From Candidatus Aminicenantes bacterium (GTDB lineage: Bacteria > Acidobacteriota > Aminicenantia > Aminicenantales > Saccharicenantaceae), in NCBI GenBank assembly GCA_963754085.1, contig CAVWFA010000009.1:7086-71085 (forward strand): 64,000 bases of DNA, written 5' to 3'. Below, in pieces: positions 1 through 8,329 of the stretch (the first letter of the stretch is position 1; the number at the start of each line of letters is the position of its first letter). The position numbers were made by a program, and so were the translations under genes. Under the pieces are notes generated by a model. The model was not told the origin of the DNA, made no database searches, and worked only from the letters and a program-made list of their open reading frames with translations.

Positions 1-753
1 CCCTTCGGCCACCACCACCAGCCCGTAGGGCCGCCTGGCTGATATCTTTTCCTCCAACCTGGCCGCCAGCATCTTCAGATCGCAGGGGATCTCGGGGATC
101 AGCACGGCGTCCGCGCCAACCGCAATGCCGGCCTGCAGGGCCAGCCATCCGGCCTGCTCTCCCAGGACCTCCACCACGGCGATCTTGCGGGCCGATTGGG
201 CCGCCTGACGGGCCTTGTCGAGCATTTCGATGGTGACGCTGAGGGCGCTGTTGAAACCGAAGGACACCGCGGTGGCGGCGATGTCGTTCTCGATCGACCG
301 GGGGATGCAGACCGTATTGAGCCCTTTGCGATGGAGCTTGTAGAAAATGCTCAGCCCCCGGCCGCCGACGACGGAGATCAAGGCATCGATCCGCTCCGCC
401 TTCAGCCTTTTCAAAAGCTCATCGGACAAGTCCAATTCCTCGACCATCTTGTTTTCATTGACCGTGCGGACATGGAACGGATCGACCCTGGCCGCTTGGC
501 CGAGGATGCCTCCGCCGGCCGGATCCAGATTCTCGACCAGTTGGGGGCTGAGGGGCACCAGCCCGCCATCGGGGTAGCGTTCCGGGCGCAGCAACCCGCT
601 AAATCCGTCCCGGATGCCGATCATCTCCCATCCCAGTTTTCCGGCCGCGAGGGCCGCCCCCATGACCACGGCATTCATCCCCGGGACGAAACCGCCGCCC
701 ACATTGATGGCGATGCGTCTGAGGAAGCCGGCATGGCCTGCGTCTCTGCTCAT
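1..753 (-). CDS. pfkA: 6-phosphofructokinase (PfkA family), 3' end cut by the window edge
   Basis: Absent from the ORF track because it runs off the window. My reverse translation from the ATG at 753..751 gives MSRDAGHAGFLRRIAINVGGGFVPGMNAVV...LISVVGGRGL...CIPRSIENDI...VVEVLGEQAGWLAL, which are typical PFK nucleotide/sugar-phosphate motifs. Confidence 0.8.
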   Translation of the reverse strand, partial: MSRDAGHAGFLRRIAINVGGGFVPGMNAVVMGAALAAGKLGWEMIGIRDGFSGLLRPERYPDGGLVPLSPQLVENLDPAGGGILGQAARVDPFHVRTVNENKMVEELDLSDELLKRLKAERIDALISVVGGRGLSIFYKLHRKGLNTVCIPRSIENDIAATAVSFGFNSALSVTIEMLDKARQAAQSARKIAVVEVLGEQAGWLALQAGIAVGADAVLIPEIPCDLKMLAARLEEKISARRPYGLVVVAEG

Positions 754-793
754 AATGGACCTCTCTTGTTCGTGCGTTATAGAACCTCCGGTA

Positions 794-816
794 CCGCGCG
801 GCTTTCGGCCGCGCGG
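794..816 (-). terminator. GC-rich stem-loop between the GRE and pfk (terminator or RNA-stability hairpin)
   Basis: ccgcgcggc-tttcg-gccgcgcgg: perfect 9-bp stem with a 5-nt loop, 25 nt after the GRE stop. There is no clear U-tract. Confidence 0.45.
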
Positions 817-840
817 CACCGGTTCCGTCGTATTTCAGCG

Positions 841-3267
841 CTAGCTCTTGCCCTCGAAAGTCTGTTCCGTGCGGGCGATGATCTCGTCCTGCACGCCCTT
901 GTGCAGCTTGGTGAAGAACGCGCTGAACCCGGCCACCCGGACCACCAGGTCGCGGTACTTTTCCGGGTGCTTCTGCGCGTCCCGCAGGATGTTGGTGTCC
1001 AGCACGTTGAACTGGATGTGGTAGCCGTCGTTGTCGAAATAGGTCTTGACCAGCCTCAGCACGTTGTCCCGGCCCTTGCGCGTCTTCAGCTGATCGGGCG
1101 GGAGCTTCATGTTCATGTGCGTCGCGGTGAACTTGATCGCGTCCTGGCTCTTGGCGGCGGACATCACCAGCGCGGTCGGTCCGTTGACGTCGGTGCCCGG
1201 CATGGCCGACAGGGATCCGTCGGTGAGCGCCACGCCGGCCTTCTTGCCGTTCGGCAGCGCCCCGGTCACCAGGCCCATCAGGTTGTGGATGCTCTTGGTG
1301 TAGGCGTCGGGCGCCGACTTGATGTCCTTGCTGATATAGTTCCCGCCTCCGAGGACGTTCTGGAAGGCCTGGAAGATGCTTTCGTACACCCGGTGCGTCA
1401 GCTTGTTCACCTCCGGAATGTCGTTGCCGTGCTTGGGAGCCTCGTAACACAGCTTCCCGATCCGCTCGTAGTCCCCCGTAAAATCGGCCTCCAGGGCTTT
1501 CCGCAGCTCGGCCATGGTCAGCTTCTTGGTGTCATAGACCAGGTGCTTCACGGCCATCAGGCTGTTGGCGGCGTCGATGCCGCCCACGACGATCTGGGCG
1601 ACCGTGTAGTAGTTGGCGCCGCCGTTCCAGACCTCGGTGCCGCTCTCGATGCAGCCCTTGGTCAGGATCGAGCGCCAGGCGACGGGCAGGTATTCGGCGC
1701 AGAGAATGCTGGCGATCCAGGCTTCCTTGCGCAGGGTGTCCTCGCAGAACTGCAGCTGCTTCTCGAAGGCCGCGTACAGCTCCTCGAAATCCTTGAAGGT
1801 TTCGGGATTGCCGGTCTTGGGCCCGATCTGCTGCTTGAACATGACGTCGTAGCCGTCGTTCAGCGTCAGGGAAATGACCTTGCCGAGGTTGGGCTGGCCT
1901 TCCACGGGGTGACCGGTCTCATAGGGAATGTAGCTGCCGACGCAGGCGCCGATGCAGGTCCGCCGGGCCTTTTCGAGCGTTATGCCCGTCTTGGAGTCGC
2001 CGAACAGGTTCAGGGCCCGCTTGACCATCACGTCGCCGTTCGTGATCTGGGGCATGCCGATGCCGGTGCCGATGACGTCCAGCACCTTTTCCAGGAACTT
2101 GCCGCTCATCCGTTCGGTGTAGGCGCAGGTCAGCGGAGGCTGCGGCAGGTGCAGATAGGCCGCGGCGTCGAGGACATTGTAGTCCATTTCCGCGGTGGCA
2201 TCCTCGCCTTCCGGGGTGAAGCCTCCGAGGGTGATGCTCTGACCCAGGTCGGCCGAGTTCTGCTTGGAGACCATCTCTCCGTAGTAATACCCGATCTCGT
2301 TCAGCTTGATGAACAGGTTCTCGAGCATGAAGACGGCTTCTTCCGGCCCGACGATCCCGGCCGCCTTGTCGCGCTGGTAGTACGGCTCGAGGTTCTGGCC
2401 CAGGTATGCCTCGGAATAGCCGCAGCCCACCTGCTCGATCTCCGCGCAGATGTGGCAGAAGAAATGGGCCTGGATGGCTTCTCTCAGGTTCCGGGCAGGA
2501 TGCTCGGGCACCCACTCGCAGGTTTCGGCGATGTCGATCAGCTCCTGCTTCCGGACGGGATTCGTCTCTTTGGCCGCCATGTCCCTGGCCAGCTCGGCAT
2601 AACGGTGCGCCAGGCGGATGACGGCCTTCATGGTGATGAGGCAGGATTCGTAGAAATAGAACTTGGGGGCGTTCGGCAGCCTCATCTCGAGGGCGGCCTC
2701 CCTCTCCTGGACGTCCTTGATCACGCTGGCCAGCCCTTCGTTGTAGACCCGGGGGTAGTTCAGGTTGCCGCCGCCGCCGGGCCAGGACATGAACTCCGCG
2801 ACCAGCCCGGTCTTATAGACAGGCGAGGGGTCATAGCCGTACTTCTTGATGAAGATCTCGTCGGCCCGCGGCCGCAGGGCCCGCTTGTCCCAGTAATCGA
2901 GCGCCCAGGCATTGGCCTTGCGGTCTTCCGGGGTCTTCGATTTTTCCACCGTCTTCTCTTCCTTCATCCACTCCACGTTCCACTCCGGATAGGTGTAGAT
3001 GCCGTTGACGGTGCTGGCCATGCTGCCCACGAGGAGATTGTCGTCGATGTACAGCTTCTTCCGCTCGATCAGGGTGGCGAAGAACTTGGCTCTCCGGAGG
3101 ATCTGCTGGTCGCCGACGGTGCTCTCGTAGACCTCGGCCATGATCCGGATGCGCTCGTTGTCGATCGCCTGAGGCGTGCTCAGGTACTGTTCCTTCAGCC
3201 GATCGACCCTGGCGTTGTCGACCTTGACGCGGCCCGTGGTGACCGCCTTGTTCGTTGTTTGTTCCAT
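841..3267 (-). CDS. glycyl radical enzyme, PFL2/glycerol-dehydratase-like class, substrate unknown
   Basis: 808 aa. The C-terminal glycyl-radical motif is VVRVAGFSAFFTKL. The N-terminus is PFL2-type (RVDRLKEQYL...ILRRAKFF...YIDDNLLVGS). The Cys-loop region reads RRTCIGACVGSY, and there is a LPNGKKAGVALTDGSLSAMPGTDVNGPTA loop. RBS aaaggag lies upstream of the ATG. Confidence 0.85.
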   Translation of the reverse strand: MEQTTNKAVTTGRVKVDNARVDRLKEQYLSTPQAIDNERIRIMAEVYESTVGDQQILRRAKFFATLIERKKLYIDDNLLVGSMASTVNGIYTYPEWNVEWMKEEKTVEKSKTPEDRKANAWALDYWDKRALRPRADEIFIKKYGYDPSPVYKTGLVAEFMSWPGGGGNLNYPRVYNEGLASVIKDVQEREAALEMRLPNAPKFYFYESCLITMKAVIRLAHRYAELARDMAAKETNPVRKQELIDIAETCEWVPEHPARNLREAIQAHFFCHICAEIEQVGCGYSEAYLGQNLEPYYQRDKAAGIVGPEEAVFMLENLFIKLNEIGYYYGEMVSKQNSADLGQSITLGGFTPEGEDATAEMDYNVLDAAAYLHLPQPPLTCAYTERMSGKFLEKVLDVIGTGIGMPQITNGDVMVKRALNLFGDSKTGITLEKARRTCIGACVGSYIPYETGHPVEGQPNLGKVISLTLNDGYDVMFKQQIGPKTGNPETFKDFEELYAAFEKQLQFCEDTLRKEAWIASILCAEYLPVAWRSILTKGCIESGTEVWNGGANYYTVAQIVVGGIDAANSLMAVKHLVYDTKKLTMAELRKALEADFTGDYERIGKLCYEAPKHGNDIPEVNKLTHRVYESIFQAFQNVLGGGNYISKDIKSAPDAYTKSIHNLMGLVTGALPNGKKAGVALTDGSLSAMPGTDVNGPTALVMSAAKSQDAIKFTATHMNMKLPPDQLKTRKGRDNVLRLVKTYFDNDGYHIQFNVLDTNILRDAQKHPEKYRDLVVRVAGFSAFFTKLHKGVQDEIIARTEQTFEGKS

Positions 3268-3374
3268 TCGTATTCTCCTTTGATCCGATTATTGTTGCCT
3301 GTAAGACTCAAACTCTGACCCGACGCCCGAAGCTATCCGTATTTCGCCTCCTTCTTCGGTCAATTTCATGGTCT

Positions 3375-3575
3375 TCACTTGGACATCGACATCGACCGGG
3401 CCATCATGCCGCCGGAGATGTTCCGGGCCTTGAACCCGTTCTGGAGAAGGATGCGCGTCGCGTAGTAGGCGCGCTGGGCCGAGCGGCAGATGACGTGGAT
3501 CTCGCGGTCGCGGGGAAGTTCGGCCAGGCGCGCCCGCAGCTGCGGCAGGGGGATGTTGACCGCGCCGACTTTCAT
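3375..3575 (-). CDS. 66-aa mini-rhodanese (C-terminal half of a rhodanese domain with an intact CRSAQR loop)
   Basis: The sequence MKVGAVNIPLPQLRARLAELPRDREIHVICRSAQRAYYATRILLQNGFKARNISGG matches the C-terminus of the 9680..11368 protein. Nucleotides 3390..3566 match 9695..9871 with 3 mismatches in 177 nt. It has its own GGAGGAA RBS and an upstream promoter motif. Confidence 0.6.
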   Translation of the reverse strand: MKVGAVNIPLPQLRARLAELPRDREIHVICRSAQRAYYATRILLQNGFKARNISGGMMARSMSMSK

Positions 3576-3599
3576 GGTTATTCCTCCATTCGCATCTGA

Positions 3600-3644
3600 A
3601 CTCTAAGCCCGGGACGCGAGGCCGTCAATGAGACCTTGGTCCAA
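3600..3644 (-). promoter_or_regulatory. candidate sigma70-type promoter with conserved upstream 16-mer (copy a)
   Basis: Minus strand reads TTGGACCAAGGTCTCA-TTGACG-17 nt-TAGAGT. It lies about 25 nt upstream of the mini-rhodanese ATG. Confidence 0.55.
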
Positions 3645-3664
3645 ACGCATCCGAGGCTCCCTCC

Positions 3665-4030
3665 TCATCCGGCCTGGCCCCGGGCCTTCTCGACGGTCTC
3701 GAGGCCCGCCGAGCTCGATATGGTATCGAATCTGATCTCCGGCCGTTTGGCCGCAAACTCCAAGGCGAGGAGCAGGTTGCGGTATTCGTCCGAACGGAGA
3801 TGACGGTCCATATCTTCACCGTTCCCCCAGACTTGCTCCAGCATGAGGACGTTCTTATCCTGCAGGTCCGCGTAGACGTGGCAGCTGAGGCACCCGGGAT
3901 CGTCTCTCGACAATTCCGCCACAGGCCTGAGGATCTCCAAGACCGCCTGGATCTTCGAAGGAGGCACGGTCATCCGGATGGTCGCCTGGATCATGGGGTT
4001 CTCGGTTTCAGCCGCTGCTAGCAGGGTCAT
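3665..4030 (-). CDS. ABM-type (dimeric alpha/beta-barrel) monooxygenase-like protein
   Basis: MIQATIRMTVPP...CLSCHVYADLQDKNVLMLEQVWGNGEDMDRHLRSDEY resembles the antibiotic-biosynthesis-monooxygenase fold. The true start is probably the internal Met at 3994, which fits the sigma-54 promoter position. Confidence 0.6.
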   Translation of the reverse strand: MTLLAAAETENPMIQATIRMTVPPSKIQAVLEILRPVAELSRDDPGCLSCHVYADLQDKNVLMLEQVWGNGEDMDRHLRSDEYRNLLLALEFAAKRPEIRFDTISSSAGLETVEKARGQAG

Positions 4031-4042
4031 GCCGTCCCCTAT

Positions 4043-4058
4043 TGCCGAAACCGTGCCA
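4043..4058 (-). promoter_or_regulatory. candidate sigma-54 (-24/-12) promoter
   Basis: Minus strand reads TGGCACGGTTTCGGCA against the consensus TGGCACG-N4-TTGCW. The GG and GC dinucleotides are at the exact spacing. It sits directly downstream of the sigma-54 activator gene and about 50 nt upstream of the Met at 3994. Confidence 0.55.
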
Positions 4059-4157
4059 GTGAAGGGACGGAGGACAACGATCTTGTTAAGCCGCTCTTAC
4101 CAGTTGACTTCCGTGGGGAAGAAGGAATGAGATCAAATCGAGACGGCTGAGCTATCG

Positions 4158-4173
4158 TGTCGGTATATCGACA
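4158..4173. promoter_or_regulatory. palindrome TGTCGGTATATCGACA, candidate enhancer (UAS) for the adjacent activator
   Basis: Perfect 5-N6-5 inverted repeat about 100 nt upstream of the -24 element, the usual distance for bEBP binding sites. Confidence 0.35.
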
Positions 4174-4180
4174 TTTGTCT

Positions 4181-6697
4181 TCATTTCGACAGGCCCTGGC
4201 CGGACCGCGTGATGCCCAGCTTTTTCATTTTCGATAGGAGCGTCGTCCTTTTCAGGCCCAGGATCTCGGCGGCTCCGCCCGGCCCGGAGATGCGCCAGCC
4301 GGTCTTCTTCAGAACGGCCGCCAGATGTATCCGCTCCATGTCTTTGAGGTTGCCGGCCATAAGGGCTTCGGAAGACGCACGCTGGGGCACCTCCATGTCC
4401 AGTGTCTTTCCCCTGCTCAGGATCATGGCGTGTTCGACGAGGTTCCTCAGCTCCCTGACGTTGCCCGGCCAGGAATAGGATTGGAGGGCCGCCATCGTCT
4501 TCTTGGGGATGCTCTCGATCTCTTTTCCCATCTTCTTCTGGAATTCCTTGACGATCGCCCGGACCAAGAGGGGGATATCTTCGGGATGCTCGCGGAGGGG
4601 CGGGATAAGGATCGGGAACACGTTCAGCCGGTAGAAGAGGTCCCGGCGGAACTTGCCCTCCTCCACCTCCCGCCCGATGTCCCGGTTGGTGGCGGCGATG
4701 ATGCGGACGTTCACGCGAACGGACGTCGACGAGCCCAAGCGCTCGAAGCTGCCCTCTTCGAGAAAGCGAAGCAATTTGCTCTGGAGCTCGAGGGGCAGCT
4801 CGCCGATCTCGTCGAGAAAGAGGGTCGATCCGTCGGCCATCTCGAAGCGGCCCACCATCCGCGTCAGCGCGCCGGTGTAAGCCCCCTTTTCCCGGCCGAA
4901 CAGCTCGCTCTCGATCAGCGTGGGCGGCAGAGAGGCGCAGTTGACCGTCACCAGCGGCCGGTCTTTTCGGGAGCTCAGGCCGTGGATGGCCCGGGCCAGC
5001 AGCTCCTTCCCTGTTCCGGTTTCCCCCAGGAGGAGGACCGTGGAGTCCGTTCGGGCAACCTGCTCTGCCTGGCTGAGGACCTTCTTCATCGGAGCGCTTC
5101 GCCCCACGATGTCCGAATGCTCGGCCAGGAGCTTGATCTCCTCCTGCAGATAGATGTTCTCGATTTCGAGCCGCTGCCTGAGGCCCTCGATCTCTTTGAG
5201 ACGTGCTTTAAGCTTCTCCTCCATCTGCTTGCGGGCGAGCGCGTTGGCAAAGATCTGCGAGATCATTTTGAGCGTATCGACGAGTTCACCCGGCCAATTC
5301 CGCTCTCCCTTCAAAGTGTTGAACGCCAGCACCCCAAAGGCCGGGCCATCGCCAACGTATAGCGGCAGGACGGCCAACGATTTGGCCCCCGAGCGCCGGA
5401 TGGCCTCGAGATCATCGGCGGCTTCGACGGGCAGGTCGGCGATCCGGGAGACGATAACGGGCTCTTTTGCCAAGGCCCGCTTCATCGCCCACGGAAAATG
5501 GACCCGGGCGTCATCGACACCCATCGTCTCTGCGGAAAAGCCCGGAGAGATATGGTAATGCGTTATCAAGAAGGTCCCTGATGCTTCCGGAGAGAACTGC
5601 CAGAGCAAACAGCGGTCGAATCCCAGGCCTTCGCATATCTCTTTCTGCGCGGCATTGATCTCGCCGTCCAGTCGGTCGATGGGGATATTGATGAACCGCG
5701 TAGAAATTTCGGCCAGCAGTTTCTCGACTTTCGCGCGGTCCAACAGCTGCTGTTGCGCCCGCTTGCGGTCCCCGATGTCCTCGACGATCGAAACGAACCA
5801 CTGCGGCCGGCCGGTCTCGTCGCGGACCAGGGCGACCGTCAGCTCGATCCACACCAGCCCGCCGTCCTTGCGGATGTACCGCTTCTCCATGGAGTAGGAA
5901 TCGATCTTTCCGGACAACAGCCGGCCGGCTTGCGCGAGATCAACCTCGAGGTCGTCGGCATGCGTGATGTCCTGGAACCTGAGCTCCAGCATCTCCTCGC
6001 ACGAGTAGCCCACGATCTCGCAGTATCTCCGGTTGACGCGGAGGAATTTGCCCCTGGGGGAAACATGGGCGATGCCGGCGGCGGCCTGCTCGAACGTGAT
6101 CCGGAACCGTTCCTCGCTCGCCCGCAGGTCATCCTCGATGCGTTTCCGGTTCAGCGCGTTGGCGAACACCTGCGCGACGAGTCCGAACCGGGTCGCGTCC
6201 GTCTCCGTCCAAATTCTCTCTTCGCGCACGGATGCGAAAGCGAGCAGGCCGAAGACCGGCCCGTTTCCAACCGACAGGGGAAGAGACGCCGTGGACTTGG
6301 TGGTAAACGCGCGGTGGGTCTCCAAGTCGCGACTGGCTTCCGGCGGGAAGTCGGCCATTCTCGAGACGATGACGGGCTCCCCGGCCAGGACCTTCCGCAT
6401 CGTCCAGGGGAAGAAGCGGCGGGCCGACATGTCCTCGGGGGGGGAAGGGGACTCCGGGGGAAAGTGCCAATGCGTCAGGAACAGGTCTCTCGGATTTCCC
6501 TCCGGAACCTGCCAGAGGGAGGAGCGATCGACACCGAGGAGCTCGCAGACGCGCCGCTGGGCGTCTCGAAGGCCGCTATCAATCTGGCCGGTGGGTAGAT
6601 CGATGAAGCGGGTGGAGATCTCGGACAGCAGCGTCTCGAACCGCAGCCGTTCCTCGAGGCTTTGCTCCGATGTCGCCGTTTGACCGGGCTTATTCAT
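4181..6697 (-). CDS. sigma-54-dependent transcriptional activator, GAF-PAS-GAF-AAA+-HTH(Fis)
   Basis: 838 aa. Motifs seen: Walker [31 protein letters not shown] (a GAFTGA variant), [11 protein letters not shown] and a C-terminal [24 protein letters not shown]. The N-terminus holds two GAF-like modules flanking a PAS domain ([17 protein letters not shown]). Confidence 0.9.
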   Translation of the reverse strand: MNKPGQTATSEQSLEERLRFETLLSEISTRFIDLPTGQIDSGLRDAQRRVCELLGVDRSSLWQVPEGNPRDLFLTHWHFPPESPSPPEDMSARRFFPWTMRKVLAGEPVIVSRMADFPPEASRDLETHRAFTTKSTASLPLSVGNGPVFGLLAFASVREERIWTETDATRFGLVAQVFANALNRKRIEDDLRASEERFRITFEQAAAGIAHVSPRGKFLRVNRRYCEIVGYSCEEMLELRFQDITHADDLEVDLAQAGRLLSGKIDSYSMEKRYIRKDGGLVWIELTVALVRDETGRPQWFVSIVEDIGDRKRAQQQLLDRAKVEKLLAEISTRFINIPIDRLDGEINAAQKEICEGLGFDRCLLWQFSPEASGTFLITHYHISPGFSAETMGVDDARVHFPWAMKRALAKEPVIVSRIADLPVEAADDLEAIRRSGAKSLAVLPLYVGDGPAFGVLAFNTLKGERNWPGELVDTLKMISQIFANALARKQMEEKLKARLKEIEGLRQRLEIENIYLQEEIKLLAEHSDIVGRSAPMKKVLSQAEQVARTDSTVLLLGETGTGKELLARAIHGLSSRKDRPLVTVNCASLPPTLIESELFGREKGAYTGALTRMVGRFEMADGSTLFLDEIGELPLELQSKLLRFLEEGSFERLGSSTSVRVNVRIIAATNRDIGREVEEGKFRRDLFYRLNVFPILIPPLREHPEDIPLLVRAIVKEFQKKMGKEIESIPKKTMAALQSYSWPGNVRELRNLVEHAMILSRGKTLDMEVPQRASSEALMAGNLKDMERIHLAAVLKKTGWRISGPGGAAEILGLKRTTLLSKMKKLGITRSGQGLSK

Positions 6698-6828
6698 GGC
6701 GTCGTTTTCTCAGGACCGCTTGTGACACAGAACGACCGATCCCCGATATGGCTAATTTAATAAAGAAGTTAGAAAAAATCAATGGACGCGTTCTGGCTTA
6801 TCGCGGTGACGAAGCGTAGACCGGGAAC

Positions 6829-7122
6829 TCACGCGTTCAGCTTCTTCCGCGCCGTCCCCCCGATGACCACGGCCGCCACGACGAGCACCCAGAACGGGAA
6901 AACGTAGAAGCCGGGGATGGCCTCCATGATCAGGCCGGGCAGCAGGACCCACTGAAAGCCCAGCACGACGAACAGCAGCGCCGCCGTCGCGAGGTCGACC
7001 GTCCATTGCACCGGCGGTGTGAAGGTCAGGACGACAGAGAGCGCATCGGCCAGCAAGGCTATGGCGAAGGCCTGGACCAGCGTTCTTCGGGAGAAGCGCG
7101 GGCGGGGCTGGGGCTCGCTCAC
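6829..7122 (-). CDS. small integral membrane protein, unknown function
   Basis: 97 aa with 3 hydrophobic helices (LVQAFAIALLADALSVVL, AALLFVVLGFQWVLLPGLIM, FPFWVLVVAAVVIGG). Confidence 0.45.
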   Translation of the reverse strand: MSEPQPRPRFSRRTLVQAFAIALLADALSVVLTFTPPVQWTVDLATAALLFVVLGFQWVLLPGLIMEAIPGFYVFPFWVLVVAAVVIGGTARKKLNA

Positions 7123-7311
7123 AGGTGATCTCCTTTTCTTCCCCGAGTTATCAACGCCAAGCCACGTCGACGGGCCTCCGTAGCGGGGATCCGCTGGTCC
7201 TTCTCGGCCGGATACCCGATCACGAACGTTCCATACGCCATATAGCCTTCCGGGATGGGGACGGGGTGCCGGTCAATGGTGATCAGCCCCCCGGGGCAGG
7301 CCCGGATTTCC

Positions 7312-8166
7312 TCAGAAGTCGGGGTCCTTGAAGGTCGGCTCCCGGCCTTCGGTGAAAGCCAGGATCCCCTCGACCCGGTCGGGGTGCACGACCGAGCGCC
7401 AGTGCTCGTCCATCATGATCGCGGCGGCCTGCTCGACAGGCTCGCCTTGCCCGTTCTGAACGGCGCGCTTGACCGACTGGACCGCCGTTGGGGAGTTGGC
7501 CGCGATCTTCTCCGCAATGCTGAGCGCTCCGGCCATCAACTCTGTTCGGGGATAGATTTCGTTGACCATGCCAAGCCGGTGCGCCTCTTGAGCCGTGATC
7601 GGTTCGCCCGTCATGAGCATCTGCATGGCCTTCCCCGGAGGGAGGACACGGGGGAGGAAGATCGGCCCGCCGCCGCCGGCGCTCAGGCCGACCAGCGCTT
7701 CGGGTTGCCCGAAAACGGCGTCGTCGGAGGCGATGATAAAGTCCGTGCTGATGGCGATCTCGCAGCCGCCGCCAAAGGCCATCCCATGGACAGCGGCGAT
7801 GATCGGCCGGCGCAGCTGGCGCAGCGTGTAGAGAACGCGGTCGAAGACCAGGCGCTGGCGCAGCCATTGCTCCTTCGTCATGTTCTTGCGCTGGTACAGG
7901 TCGCCGCCGACGGAGAAGGCTCTGTCCCCGGCTCCGGTGATGATGGCGGCGCGCACGGTGGCGCGGGCGGCGATCGTCTCGAGAACCTCGATCAGCTGTT
8001 CCGCCAATTCCGTCGTGATCGCGTTGTCGGCATGCGGCCGGTTGAGTGTGATGATCGCCACGCGCCCGCCGGAGACGTACTCGACGAGCACGAGCTGATC
8101 GGGCTCTCTATCAGAGGTCGGCGGACGGTAGCCCATTTTCCTCATGCGTGTTTGGGGATCGTTCAT
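7312..8166 (-). CDS. enoyl-CoA hydratase/isomerase (crotonase) family protein
   Basis: VAIITLNRPHADNAI...AAIITGAGDRAFSVGGDL...PIIAAVHGMAFGGGCEIA is the crotonase oxyanion-hole signature. The start is set at the Met preceded by GGAGGAA (8166), not the ORF-track start at 8244. Confidence 0.85.
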   Translation of the reverse strand: MNDPQTRMRKMGYRPPTSDREPDQLVLVEYVSGGRVAIITLNRPHADNAITTELAEQLIEVLETIAARATVRAAIITGAGDRAFSVGGDLYQRKNMTKEQWLRQRLVFDRVLYTLRQLRRPIIAAVHGMAFGGGCEIAISTDFIIASDDAVFGQPEALVGLSAGGGGPIFLPRVLPPGKAMQMLMTGEPITAQEAHRLGMVNEIYPRTELMAGALSIAEKIAANSPTAVQSVKRAVQNGQGEPVEQAAAIMMDEHWRSVVHPDRVEGILAFTEGREPTFKDPDF

Positions 8167-8229
8167 TGCAGATTCCTCCTTCAGCGATGATTCGATGTCA
8201 GCGGGCAGCGCCAGCGGAGATTTCGGGAA

Positions 8230-8263
8230 GGCGCCAGGCGGCAACGTTCTGCCGCCTGGCGCC
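8230..8263 (-). terminator. 13-bp perfect stem-loop downstream of the DszB-like gene
   Basis: ggcgccaggcggc-aacgttct-gccgcctggcgcc. No U-tract follows. Confidence 0.45.
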
Positions 8264-8329
8264 CGTACTTTACTTCATTTCAGCTGCGGCCTGATTGCCC
8301 GGGCCGCCTCGGGCTGAGCGTCCTCCCGG

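Noticed and set aside
196-3318. Very long plus-strand ORFs lying opposite real genes: 196..3318, 9800..12082, 20067..22493, 28876..31074, 48638..51565, and most of the minus-strand 44513..47191.
   Set aside because: Their translations are Arg/Gly/Asp/His/Pro-rich low-complexity strings with no motifs. Each lies antisense to a gene with clear family signatures. This is a typical stop-codon-poor artefact of high-GC DNA.
7255-7275. Another GTCAATGG string (ccggtcaatggtgatcag) as an eighth copy of the promoter 16-mer.
   Set aside because: The upstream 16 nt (GGCTGATCACCA) do not match the consensus, and no -10-like hexamer lies at 16-19 nt.
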